Source of the DNA: an uncultured Verrucomicrobiae bacterium
GTDB taxonomy: Bacteria; Verrucomicrobiota; Verrucomicrobiia; Chthoniobacterales; UBA10450
Reading direction: 5' to 3'
Assembly: GCA_963801815.1 (NCBI GenBank)
Contig: CAWDGJ010000001.1
Coordinates: 64,001 to 128,000 of the forward strand
DNA: 64,000 nucleotides
The translations under genes were made by a program, and so were the position numbers. Position 1 is the first letter of the stretch. The number at the start of each line of letters is the position of its first letter. Positions 30,853 to 39,846 of this stretch are shown one piece after another. A model generated the notes under the pieces. That model saw only the letters and a list, made by a program, of their open reading frames with translations. It made no database searches and was not told the DNA's origin.

Positions 30853-31818
30853 ATGTCAGTAACCCTCTCACCGATCCGCTCGATCTCGCTGGACGAAATC
30901 AAAGACGCGCGGAACCGGATTGCGAAAACGATTGTCCGAACGCCACTGGTGCGCCTGGAGCTTGGTCCCGATTTTCCGGACATTCGCCTGAAACTGGAAA
31001 ATCTTCAGCCGATCAACGCCTACAAATTGCGTGGGGCGGCGAACGCGGTCGCGATGTTATCCGATTCGGAGCGCAAACGCGGTGTCTGGACAATCAGTGC
31101 TGGAAACGCGGGACAAGGTGTGGCTTACGCCGCGCGACAGGCTGGAGTTCCTTGCTCGGTCGTAGCGATTGAAACCGCACCGAAAGCGAAACTCGAACGA
31201 ATGCGCGCTTTGGGCGCCCGGCTCTTTCTTGTTTCCTATGACGTGGCCTGGAAGACGCTGGATGAGCGCGCATTTCCCGGCGTCGAAGGCACATTCGTTC
31301 ATCCGTTCGACGACCATAATTTCATCGCCGGTCACGGCACGATGGGGCTCGAGATTTTGGAAGACGCGCCCGATACCAAAGCGATCATTGCTGCGATCGG
31401 CGGCGGTGGATTGATCACCGGAGTCGCGAGCGCGATCAAGGCGCTTAAACCCGAAATTAAAGTCTTCGGAGCGGAACCCGAGACCGCTGCCCCGGCCGCG
31501 CTTTCTTTTGAAAAAGGCTCGCCGCAGGTCTTCAAAAATTGGAAGGCGTCGTTCGTTGATGGCGCAGGTGGCCAGAGCATGTTCCCGCGCATGTGGGAGC
31601 GGATGAAGCCGCTGGTCGATGATTACATCGTGGTCACGTTGGAACAAACCAGGAATGCGATGCGGTTGATGGCGGAAAAGGCGCGGGTGATCTCGGAAGG
31701 CGCCGGCGCTTTGCCACTGGCCGCGGCGCTAACCGGAAAAGCTGGCAAAGGGCCGATTGTTGCCATCGTTTCCGGCGGAAATATCGACCTCGCGAAATTC
31801 TCCGAGTTGATCGCGTGA
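30853..31818 (+). CDS. PLP-dependent serine/threonine dehydratase family protein
   Basis: KLENLQPINAYKLRGA, SAGNAGQG, IGGGGLITG, SGGNID. Confidence 0.9.
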   Translation: MSVTLSPIRSISLDEIKDARNRIAKTIVRTPLVRLELGPDFPDIRLKLENLQPINAYKLRGAANAVAMLSDSERKRGVWTISAGNAGQGVAYAARQAGVPCSVVAIETAPKAKLERMRALGARLFLVSYDVAWKTLDERAFPGVEGTFVHPFDDHNFIAGHGTMGLEILEDAPDTKAIIAAIGGGGLITGVASAIKALKPEIKVFGAEPETAAPAALSFEKGSPQVFKNWKASFVDGAGGQSMFPRMWERMKPLVDDYIVVTLEQTRNAMRLMAEKARVISEGAGALPLAAALTGKAGKGPIVAIVSGGNIDLAKFSELIA

Positions 31819-31823
31819 TCAGC

Positions 31824-32162
31824 TCAATGCGCGTGAATCATTTCCCGGCAGCCTGCAATGTTGCCGACGAGCAAAATTACCAGCACGCCGTAGAGAATCA
31901 CAGCTCGCGTCGTGGTCTTCGATCGGAAGTAAAAATAACCGTGAACGATATAGATGAGATAAAGGCCTATGAGCACGCCCCAGCCGCCGTCGTTGGCGAG
32001 ATGTCGATCGATCACGGCGATTAAGCCAAGAGGAAACATATAAGCCAGCGGCCACAGGCCGGGTGCTGTTAGCAAAAGCGCAGCGATCCAGATCGCCACG
32101 TAGGCGACGATCTTATAAAGAAGCCGAACCTGACTTGCTTTTCCGCCGTCGGGCTCGGTCAT
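31824..32162 (-). CDS. Small membrane protein
   Basis: 112 aa, about 4 hydrophobic segments, start overlaps the upstream stop. Confidence 0.65.
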   Translation of the reverse strand: MTEPDGGKASQVRLLYKIVAYVAIWIAALLLTAPGLWPLAYMFPLGLIAVIDRHLANDGGWGVLIGLYLIYIVHGYFYFRSKTTTRAVILYGVLVILLVGNIAGCREMIHAH

Positions 32163-32749
32163 TATTCTCTGACCGTAATCGGCGTGCCCACCGGGGCGTT
32201 ATTATAGAACTTCTCTGCCATTCCCTGCGGAATCCGAATGCATCCATGCGAGGCCGCATAAGGCGGACAGTAGCCCTGATGCATTGCGTAACCGCCGTTG
32301 AAATGCATGCAATACGGCATTTTCGCCGGATCGAAATGCGCGCCCTTCGGGCAGCGATCTTTCCGGACATCGATATTCGAGACCACAACATTCCCGTCGT
32401 GGTCGATATAATCCCCGAACTCGCTCGAAAAATGATTCTTGTCCTTCGAGACAACGGAATAATGGCCCGGCGGCGTTCCGAAACCCGGTTTTCCGGTCGA
32501 AACGGTCGATTCGCCGACCAGGCGTTTGCCCTTGTAGAAGTAAGCTTTTTGCTCGGATATGTGAACCACGATGCGAGACTCGCCGTGAGCGCCGGCGTCA
32601 TCCCACCAGCCGCCAGGCGTCGGCGTTGGCAGCACTGAGCCAAGGGTCTGCTGGGCCTGTTGCTGCATTTGCTGCATGTCTTCGCAACTGCAGAACAAGA
32701 ACCCTACGACTCCCAACAACCCGAACTGAATAAAACCCCTGTGTTTCAT
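32162..32749 (-). CDS. L,D-transpeptidase (YkuD) family lipoprotein
   Basis: Lipobox FCSC, VSTGK..TPPG, H-x-SHGCIRI. Confidence 0.92.
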   Translation of the reverse strand: MKHRGFIQFGLLGVVGFLFCSCEDMQQMQQQAQQTLGSVLPTPTPGGWWDDAGAHGESRIVVHISEQKAYFYKGKRLVGESTVSTGKPGFGTPPGHYSVVSKDKNHFSSEFGDYIDHDGNVVVSNIDVRKDRCPKGAHFDPAKMPYCMHFNGGYAMHQGYCPPYAASHGCIRIPQGMAEKFYNNAPVGTPITVRE

Positions 32750-32896
32750 AAGGCCGCGACTATTAACGCGTAGTTAGTTGGGTGGCGCAATTGTAAAACG
32801 TTGTGGTGTAGTCACGCGCCTGTGGCACATCAAACGGCCCGCAGGGCCGTGGCTACAGCTGTTGACGGTATGCATCAGCGGAAATACGCTCGTTCC

Positions 32897-33490
32897 ATGG
32901 CCACTCTTACAAAAAATGCGTCGTCATCGACCAAAGAACGCGACACGGCCTCAGTTCAGCCGCCAATTAATTTGGGAAATTGGATCGAAACGAACCGCGA
33001 TTTATTCAAACCGCCGGTTAGCAATCGGTATCTCTATGACGGGCGGGACTTCTTCGTGATGGTAATCAAGGGACCGAACGCGCGAAACGACTTCCACAAA
33101 GTAGACTCGGAGGAGTATTTTTATCAGCTCAAGGGCGATATCAAAGTGCGCATCCGCGAAGGTGACAAGATCGTCGATCATCTCGTGCGCGAAGGCGAAA
33201 CGTTCTTCATTCCACCGAACGTGCCGCACGCACCGGTCCGCCCGCCGGACACCATCGGTGTCGTCGTGGAAAAACGCCGTCCGCCGGGCGAACACGAACA
33301 CGTCATCTTCTATTGCGACAATTGCGGCGCCCTGGTCGAAGACATTGATTTCGATTGTGCCGACATCGTCGAGCATTTCAGTCAGGCGATGAAGGATTTT
33401 TGGGCCGATGACGCGCGTCGTACCTGCAAGAAGTGCGGACACAAAGTTCCGCAACCCGAGCCGGTTAAGCCGTTCGAAGAACGGCAGTGA
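32897..33490 (+). CDS. nbaC: 3-hydroxyanthranilate 3,4-dioxygenase
   Basis: LFKPPVSN, GPNARNDFH, EEYFYQLKG, VPHAP, two CxxC rubredoxin-like pairs. Confidence 0.93.
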   Translation: MATLTKNASSSTKERDTASVQPPINLGNWIETNRDLFKPPVSNRYLYDGRDFFVMVIKGPNARNDFHKVDSEEYFYQLKGDIKVRIREGDKIVDHLVREGETFFIPPNVPHAPVRPPDTIGVVVEKRRPPGEHEHVIFYCDNCGALVEDIDFDCADIVEHFSQAMKDFWADDARRTCKKCGHKVPQPEPVKPFEERQ

Positions 33491-33579
33491 CAAGTGACCG
33501 GTGACGAGTGACGAGATAATTCACGTCAGCGTTGCTTTAGCTGCAGCTTCTAGTCACTTGTCACTCGTCACACGTCACT
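33486..33579. repeat. Inverted array of 7-bp repeats (agtgacN type)
   Basis: agtgaca agtgacc ggtgacg agtgacg ... agtcact tgtcact cgtcaca cgtcact. Confidence 0.8.
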
Positions 33580-33583
33580 TTCC

Positions 33584-34639
33584 TTGAAGATCGATCTCCA
33601 TACCCACATTTTGCCGCGCGAGTGGCCGGACCTGGATAAAAAGTTTGGCTATTCAGGCTTCGTCCGATTGGAGCATTGCGACGAATGCAGTGCCCGAATG
33701 ATGATCGGCGACCGTGTTTTTCGCGAAATCACCGACAACGTTTGGAATCCCGAACGACGCATTGAAGAGATGGACCGTACGGGAGTTTCAATGCAGGTGC
33801 TTTCGACCGTGCCCGTGATGTTCAGTTATTGGGCGAAGCCGCGCGACGCGCTCGAGCTTTCGCGATTGCTAAACGATCACATCGCCGAAGTGGTTCGCGA
33901 AAATCCAGGAAGCTTTGCCGGGCTCGGCACAATTCCGTTGCAGGATGTCGATCTGGCCGCGCGGGAATTGACGCGTTGCGTGCGCGAGCTTGGATTGCGT
34001 GGCATCGAAATCGGAACCCATGTCGATCCCAACGATCACTGCCACGGTCCGGATTGTCGCAACCTCGATCATCCGTCTCTCGATGTCCTTTGGAAGACGG
34101 CTCAGGACCTCAACGCGGCGATTTTTGTTCACCCCTGGGACATGATGGGCAAGGATCGAATGCCGAAATACTGGCTGCCGTGGCTCGTCGGTATGCCCGC
34201 CGAAACTTCGCTCGCAATCTGTTCCATGGTCTTCGGTGGTGTCTTCGACCGGTTTCCGAAATTGCGCGTGGCATTTTCTCACGGCGGTGGCGCCTTTCCG
34301 GGAACGATCGGCCGCATCGAACACGGATTCCACGTGCGACCCGATTTGGTCGCGATCGACAACGAGACGAACCCTCGAAAGTATCTGGCGCGTTCCGATA
34401 ATGCCAAAGGCGGCTCGCCTTCGCGGTTTTATGTCGATTCACTGGTTCACGACGCCGACGCCGTGAAGTTGCTGATTAAACTTTTTGGGGCGCAACGCGT
34501 CGCGCTCGGGTCCGATTATCCGTTCCCTCTCGGCGAAGCGGAGCCAGGAAAGTTGATCGAATCGATTGTCGATCTTTCCGCGAAGGAAAGATCGCAGCTT
34601 CTTTCCGAAACCGCCCGCGAATTCCTTGGAATCGCGTAA
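33584..34639 (+). CDS. nbaD: 2-amino-3-carboxymuconate-6-semialdehyde decarboxylase (ACMSD)
   Basis: IDLHTH, QVLSTVPVMFSYW, FVHPWDM, WLVGMPAET, GSDYPFPLGE; follows nbaC. Confidence 0.92.
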   Translation: MKIDLHTHILPREWPDLDKKFGYSGFVRLEHCDECSARMMIGDRVFREITDNVWNPERRIEEMDRTGVSMQVLSTVPVMFSYWAKPRDALELSRLLNDHIAEVVRENPGSFAGLGTIPLQDVDLAARELTRCVRELGLRGIEIGTHVDPNDHCHGPDCRNLDHPSLDVLWKTAQDLNAAIFVHPWDMMGKDRMPKYWLPWLVGMPAETSLAICSMVFGGVFDRFPKLRVAFSHGGGAFPGTIGRIEHGFHVRPDLVAIDNETNPRKYLARSDNAKGGSPSRFYVDSLVHDADAVKLLIKLFGAQRVALGSDYPFPLGEAEPGKLIESIVDLSAKERSQLLSETAREFLGIA

Positions 34640-34646
34640 CCGCGGA

Positions 34647-35084
34647 TCAGGCTGGGGGCGGGGAGCCGCTACCCGAGAACTGTTGCATCAGCGAAGGGAT
34701 CAGGCTCATCAGGCTTTGCTGATGATTGGCGTTCGGGTCGACCTTTCCCTGTGGCGTGAGTTTATCCACGACCTTCGGCAAATATTGGGCCAAGAGCGTG
34801 GAGGCTTGCGCCGGGTCGATCCCCATTTTCGCCGCAAGCGCGCGGACTTGATCGGAGCCGAGCACTTTTTGAATTTGATCGGTCGAGATTGCCTGGTTTT
34901 CTCCAGTCCCGACCCAGGAAGCAAAGGCGTTACCTGCGCCGCCCTGCGAAAATTTGTTCGCCAGGCCCTGCAATCCACCATTTTGTTCGAGAAGCGTCCC
35001 GACGACTCCGACCAGAGCAGCCGCTCCGCCCGCTTCGCCAGTTTTTCCAGACATCGCGCCGATTACTGAATCAAGCAGTCCCAT
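34647..35084 (-). CDS. YidB/DUF937 family protein
   Basis: GGLQGL, SWVGTGENQAIS, LPKVVDKLTPQG. Confidence 0.9.
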   Translation of the reverse strand: MGLLDSVIGAMSGKTGEAGGAAALVGVVGTLLEQNGGLQGLANKFSQGGAGNAFASWVGTGENQAISTDQIQKVLGSDQVRALAAKMGIDPAQASTLLAQYLPKVVDKLTPQGKVDPNANHQQSLMSLIPSLMQQFSGSGSPPPA

Positions 35085-35311
35085 AAGTTATTGTTTCTAT
35101 TGGTTTGAGGTTGTGAGCTTTTGTTAAGTCACGTCTAACGAATCTCCGAGTTGTTCACTGCGAAGCATTAGCGGACTTATCAATCTAGGCGAGCAGCAAT
35201 TGGTTAGCGCTAAGACCTTTGTCGTACTAACGGTCGTCGGTTCCTGGCGGATTATTAACCTTCACTTGGCGATAACCGCCGAGCGCAACGTTTAACTCTA
35301 GCAAAAAACCT

Positions 35312-35701
35312 ATGGGCTTATTTAATAACTTACTGTCTAAGATTTTTAGTCACGCCACGCCGACTGGTGTGGTCAGCAGTGCAGCATCCACCGCAACCCA
35401 ATCGCCAGCCACTGCCTCCGCTGTGGCTGCCGCGCCTGCGACGGTGGTCGACGTGGCCGCGATTCTCGACGGATTAGCCGCGAAAAATCCGGAGAAACTT
35501 GATTGGAAACACTCAATCGTGGACTTGATGAAACTCGTCGGCATGGACAGCAGTTTCACCGCCCGCAAAGAGCTGGCCAAAGACCTGAATTACACCGGCG
35601 ATATGAACGACTCTGCGTCGATGAACATCTGGTTGCACAAGCAAGTGATGCTCAAGTTATCGCAAAATGGCGGCAAAGTGCCGGCGGAACTACTGAAGTA
35701 A
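35312..35701 (+). CDS. DUF3597 family protein
   Basis: LDWKHSIVDLMKLVGMDSS..RKELA..DSASMNIWLHKQV..NGGKVP. Confidence 0.88.
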   Translation: MGLFNNLLSKIFSHATPTGVVSSAASTATQSPATASAVAAAPATVVDVAAILDGLAAKNPEKLDWKHSIVDLMKLVGMDSSFTARKELAKDLNYTGDMNDSASMNIWLHKQVMLKLSQNGGKVPAELLK

Positions 35702-35729
35702 TTCTCGGCGCGGAGGATTCTGCGCTCCC

Positions 35730-36515
35730 CTACATTTCGTGACGAATGGCCCAGAGATCGTGAAAGACTGGTCTAAACAGCGATTCCTTCAGAAATGGAA
35801 CCCCCGGTGAGCCGCCAGTGCCTTTTTTCGCGCCGATAGTGCGCTCGACTAATTTGATGTGGCGATAACGCCATTCCTGCAATCCTTCGTCGAAATCGGT
35901 CATCAACTCGAACAGGATCGAAACTTCGGGTGACGATTTGTAGAGCTTGAGAATTTCATTCTGCACTTGTTCGTTCGGTTCGTTGGCTTGAGTGAGATCG
36001 CGGTTTTTAAGCTCGGCTGGAATCCTTGCTCCACGCGTCTCCAGAAAATTGTAGAAGTGATCGATCACCGTGCGTTCGCGGAGCCGTTCCTGAAGGCTGT
36101 CCGCGCCGGGAAAATCCGGCTTCACGTATTTCAATGTCGATTCCCGCTTGTAGCCGAGCACGAACTCGACTTCGCGAAACTGGATCGATTGAAATCCCGA
36201 TGCGGTTTCCAGCCGGTCGCGAAAGCTCGAGAATGACGATGGCGTCATCGTTTCAAGTATGTCGATCTGCGCCACGAGCACTTTCATGATCGTGCGCACG
36301 CGTTTAAAGGAATGAATCGCTCCGAAGAGATCACCGGCGGAAAAATCCTTTTTTATTTTCTCAAACTCATGCAGCAGCTGTTTGAACCAAAGTTCATACG
36401 TTTGATGGATGATAATGAACAGCATCTCATCGTGTTCGGGCGGCGTTGAACGCGGGCGCTGGAGAGTGAGAAGTTTCTCCAGATCCAAGTAATTGGCATA
36501 GGTGAGTGGTGGCAT
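35730..36515 (-). CDS. kynA: Tryptophan 2,3-dioxygenase
   Basis: EHDEMLFIIIHQTYELWFKQ, ASGFQS.QFR, WRYRH..VERTIG.K.GTGGS. Confidence 0.95.
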   Translation of the reverse strand: MPPLTYANYLDLEKLLTLQRPRSTPPEHDEMLFIIIHQTYELWFKQLLHEFEKIKKDFSAGDLFGAIHSFKRVRTIMKVLVAQIDILETMTPSSFSSFRDRLETASGFQSIQFREVEFVLGYKRESTLKYVKPDFPGADSLQERLRERTVIDHFYNFLETRGARIPAELKNRDLTQANEPNEQVQNEILKLYKSSPEVSILFELMTDFDEGLQEWRYRHIKLVERTIGAKKGTGGSPGVPFLKESLFRPVFHDLWAIRHEM

Positions 36516-36602
36516 GACTGTTTCTCTCAACTCTCAACTTCTTTGAACATGTCAGGGGCGGTCATGGCTGAATGCTCCACGCCGCGCGTGCGCGCGTCAA
36601 CG

Positions 36603-36667
36603 TTGTAGAGGCGCTTATGTTAAGCGCCTATTTAATAGGCAGGTGCTTGGCACAAGCACCTCTACAA
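36603..36667. repeat. REPIN family A, copy 4
   Basis: ttgtagaggcgcttatgttaagcgcc ... aggtgcttggcacaagcacctctacaa. Confidence 0.85.
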
Positions 36668-36669
36668 AG

Positions 36670-37107
36670 TTATTTGAGCACTGCCTGATGAAACTCGTAC
36701 CAATCGTCGAGATTGTTCAGGTTCACCGCGTCTTTGAACGCTGAAGAGTCGTCCGCGATTCCGCACGCTCCGAGAATCCCTTTCCGAGTCTCCTCGTCAT
36801 GATTATAACCGCGCACGGCTGCGTTGTGTTTTTCGATCGATTGTCGATCCAGCGACTTCGCGTTTTTCTTCACCCAAGCCTCAAACTGCGGATAGGTCGG
36901 TTTGTTCTGCTTGATGAAATCTTTTACCGCCTGTTCTTCCAATCCGAGCGCGGCGCAGGTCATCGCATCGTAGCCCCTGCCAATGCCGGGATAGCCGGCG
37001 GCGAGTTTACCTTGCGATTCGAGCGAAACTTTTTGCCACATCCGCGGCAGATGCAGAACTCCGAGTGGACCGGCAGTGCCGGAACTGATCATGGGAACGT
37101 AAGTCAT
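36670..37107 (-). CDS. DUF5069-like hypothetical protein
   Basis: GPLGVLHLPRMWQK, G.GYD, LNNLDDW. Confidence 0.7.
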   Translation of the reverse strand: MTYVPMISSGTAGPLGVLHLPRMWQKVSLESQGKLAAGYPGIGRGYDAMTCAALGLEEQAVKDFIKQNKPTYPQFEAWVKKNAKSLDRQSIEKHNAAVRGYNHDEETRKGILGACGIADDSSAFKDAVNLNNLDDWYEFHQAVLK

Positions 37108-37108
37108 A

Positions 37109-37238
37109 AAAGTAAGAAGTAAGAGTTATGAATTAAGAAGTAGTTACAGGTTCGACGCGCTAAAACAATCCATTTCGGCAAATGCTGGTTTCTTAATTCT
37201 TAATTTATAGTTCATACTTCCTACTTCCTACTTCCTAC
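37109..37238. repeat. AT-rich inverted array of 7-bp repeats (aagtaag/ttcctac type)
   Basis: aagtaag aagtaag ... aattaag ... cttaatt cttaatt ... ttcatac ttcctac ttcctac ttcctac. Confidence 0.75.
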
Positions 37239-37241
37239 GAA

Positions 37242-38435
37242 TCACTTCATGATTCGCAGATAATATTCGTCCCACGCAGCGGGTATCGATTCCCGCGAAG
37301 AGTAGGGGCCCGGTTCGTAGGCGCGCGATGCGATTCCCTGCTGGCTCAGTTCGCAAATATGCCAGTCCTGCTTGTTGGTCATGTCCCAAAACTCGATCGC
37401 ATCCTCCGGCTTGAAATCGCTTCGCTTGAACGCATCCGGATGGAAAAACCAGTCGCACACGATCAATGTGCGCGACGACGATTGCGGCCAGAGTTGATGC
37501 ACCATCACATATTCCGGGTGCAGACTGAGGAGCATGTTTGGAAAGATCGAGTAGTAGAAAACTTGCCGGAGGTTTTCGATTTCTCCGACGAACGATGCGC
37601 AGGCATCTCCGCTCATGGTCAGACTCTTCCCGGGATTGATTTTCATGAATCCGCCGAGGAACGGTCCTTCGCGCAAATCATTTTCCGCCGAATCGTAAGG
37701 TGAAATTTTTTGCAACTGCGGATGTACTCCGGGACAGTGATAACACTCCGAATAATTCTCGAACATCAGCTTCCAGTTCGCCTGCACGTCGTATTCGATC
37801 CGTTTCGCTGATCGCAATGTCGCGATATTCCAGTGCGAAAATTTGCCAGTTAACGGCGCGAACCAACGTTGCAAGGAGATGAAATCTCCTGAACGTTGCC
37901 GCGCCGTAGCTTCTGAGCGAAGGCGGGCCTCAGCGTTCTGAAGATTCACAAAAATGAAGCCTTCCCAAAGACCGAGATCGACCGGATGCAGCGGATAATC
38001 CGTTTTATCGAATCCGGGCACGTCATCCATGTGCGGCGCGCCAATCAATTGACCGTCGAGTCCGTAAGTCCATGCATGATATGGACACTGAATCGTCGAC
38101 GAATGTCCGCAAACTGCCTCACCGGCTCGGTGCTCTTTGAGTCGCGTCCCCCGATGGCGACAAACGTTGTAGAATCCTCTGACCTGTGACCGCTGATCTC
38201 TGATCACAATTATGCTTTCGCCCGAGATTGTGACCAAGAAATAGTCGCCCGCGTTCGCGATCTGGTTTTGATGTCCCACGAGCAACCATTCTTTTGAAAA
38301 AATCTTTTTCTGTTCCGCAGCAAAGATCTCCGACGACACGAAATACTTTTGTGGCAGCGACTTGACAGCCTCGGATGAAACTTGAGACGTTCTGCGAAAC
38401 GCAGTCGACGTTCTCGGTTTGATCTGAATCGCCAT
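37242..38435 (-). CDS. Rieske non-heme iron oxygenase alpha subunit (GbcA/choline monooxygenase-like)
   Basis: CRHRG..CPYHAW, ENYSECYHCPGVH, TNKQDW.ICE. Confidence 0.92.
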   Translation of the reverse strand: MAIQIKPRTSTAFRRTSQVSSEAVKSLPQKYFVSSEIFAAEQKKIFSKEWLLVGHQNQIANAGDYFLVTISGESIIVIRDQRSQVRGFYNVCRHRGTRLKEHRAGEAVCGHSSTIQCPYHAWTYGLDGQLIGAPHMDDVPGFDKTDYPLHPVDLGLWEGFIFVNLQNAEARLRSEATARQRSGDFISLQRWFAPLTGKFSHWNIATLRSAKRIEYDVQANWKLMFENYSECYHCPGVHPQLQKISPYDSAENDLREGPFLGGFMKINPGKSLTMSGDACASFVGEIENLRQVFYYSIFPNMLLSLHPEYVMVHQLWPQSSSRTLIVCDWFFHPDAFKRSDFKPEDAIEFWDMTNKQDWHICELSQQGIASRAYEPGPYSSRESIPAAWDEYYLRIMK

Positions 38436-38571
38436 GCCGCAATGGTCTACTTCGCCGTCGCTTGCGTCAATTCAGTGTCGGACATCAACAGTCGCGGGAA
38501 TTTGTAACCGTAAAGTCGATTACTCGGTCAGATTAGATGTGTATCACCGATGTCTTCTCGGCCTGCGCAGG

Positions 38572-38736
38572 ATGAGATGGGGTCTGATCTTACTCGCCTG
38601 CGCTCTTCTCGCTGTCGGGTGCGCGCATGATCATGACGCGTCCTCCGACTCGGAAGATCATCCTCATCGACATCACGGGCATCGAGGCGGGGATCAAAGT
38701 TTCACCAACCCGTCGCCGTCGCCCGGCGGATTCTAA
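38572..38736 (+). CDS. Small His-rich lipoprotein
   Basis: MRWGLILLACALLAVGC-AHDHDASSDSEDHPHRHHGHRGG. Confidence 0.6.
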   Translation: MRWGLILLACALLAVGCAHDHDASSDSEDHPHRHHGHRGGDQSFTNPSPSPGGF

Positions 38737-38743
38737 TCGCGAC

Positions 38744-39262
38744 TTATTTCCGCGGTTTCGTTCTAGCGCTGAGGACGCGATGCGTCGCCAGCGCGTTGAG
38801 AATCTCGGGATTACCCTGCGCCCAGGCATTGTCGATCATCATTTTCTTGAAGCGCCATTTCTGGCCATCTCGCACAAGTTCGCAATCGTAACGATTCATT
38901 AGGAGCGCATTTTCCGACCCGGGGCGTGGACCTTGTCGGGGCATGAAATGTTGCGCCATCACGTAGGCGTAAACTGTGGCCGAATCTTCGCTGATCTCGA
39001 TCTGGAGATTGCTTACCGTATGACTGGTATCGAGCGGGCCGAGCAGAGGAATCAGAGCATCCGCAATTGCCTGTCGTCCGGTCAACTTTGGGAAATCGAG
39101 GCCGAGTTTCTTGCCGGCTGGGCGAAAATCGAAAACGCAATCTTCGGTGAGCGTTGATGCCAGAGAATCGGCGTCACCGTGGTCGAGGCCGAAGGCAAAG
39201 CGGTGCAACGCGTCGGCGATTTCGTAACGGTCGGCTGCGAGTTGCGCGAGATCGTTGCTCAT
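38744..39262 (-). CDS. SnoaL-like/NTF2 family protein
   Basis: DRYEIADALHRFAFGLDHGD, TSHTVSN, RDGQKWRF. Confidence 0.85.
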   Translation of the reverse strand: MSNDLAQLAADRYEIADALHRFAFGLDHGDADSLASTLTEDCVFDFRPAGKKLGLDFPKLTGRQAIADALIPLLGPLDTSHTVSNLQIEISEDSATVYAYVMAQHFMPRQGPRPGSENALLMNRYDCELVRDGQKWRFKKMMIDNAWAQGNPEILNALATHRVLSARTKPRK

Positions 39263-39326
39263 TGGCTCAGACTTTAAGCGCCGGCATTGGAATCGCAAAG
39301 CCAACAGAACACCCAATCTTGCGCTA

Positions 39327-39350
39327 AACTTGACGGCTTAAAGCCGTCAA
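39327..39350. repeat. Palindromic 24-bp repeat, copy 1
   Basis: aacttgacggcttaaagccgtcaa, identical to 39774-39797. Confidence 0.9.
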
Positions 39351-39760
39351 ATCTTTGGTGCTGATTCGAACAGGCCCCAGCGCGGTTGCCAGTTGATCGG
39401 GAGATGCCGCCGCGGCGCTTGCCTACGCTTTTTCCGTCGGGATGTTGATCGTCGCAGCGCGGCATACTTAGCCCGCGGAAGCCGCCCATTTACCTGGACG
39501 AGCGCGACTAAATGCGCGAACAGAGGGTGGGATTGATTCGCAGCATAAAACCGATGGTAGCCATTCGACCATGTTTTCACGATTCCAATGGCGCTTAGTT
39601 TTCGGAGCTCATCTTGAACGGTGTGCAATGCCAGGCCTGTTAGACCCATGAGTTCACGCACATAGTATTGGCGGATCGGTCTCCGAAATAAAACTTCGAA
39701 CAATCGGGCGCGCACTTGTGGAAATAAAACTTCAATGACGGGACGGTCGCTCTTGCTCAC
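39347..39760 (-). CDS. Winged helix-turn-helix protein
   Basis: LFPQVRARL, YVRELMGLTGLALHTVQDELRKL..IGIV, FYAANQSHPLF; basic tail. Confidence 0.7.
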   Translation of the reverse strand: MSKSDRPVIEVLFPQVRARLFEVLFRRPIRQYYVRELMGLTGLALHTVQDELRKLSAIGIVKTWSNGYHRFYAANQSHPLFAHLVALVQVNGRLPRAKYAALRRSTSRRKKRRQAPRRHLPINWQPRWGLFESAPKI

Positions 39761-39773
39761 AGGGTCGATCTTG

Positions 39774-39800
39774 AACTTGACGGCTTAAAGCCGTCAAGTT
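39774..39800. repeat. Palindromic repeat, copy 2 (perfect 13-1-13)
   Basis: aacttgacggctt-a-aagccgtcaagtt. Confidence 0.9.
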
Positions 39801-39846
39801 TGCAATTCAATAAGCCGACAAAGCGTGAAACGGATTTTGGGTACGG

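Noticed and set aside
34403..34414. gccaaaggcggc (AKGG) as another in-frame palindrome in ACMSD
   Set aside because: Too short to distinguish from chance
35132..35210. attC-like ends (gtctaac ... ggttagcg) between the YidB and DUF3597 genes
   Set aside because: Right end does not fit GTTRRRY and the interior shows no convincing palindrome
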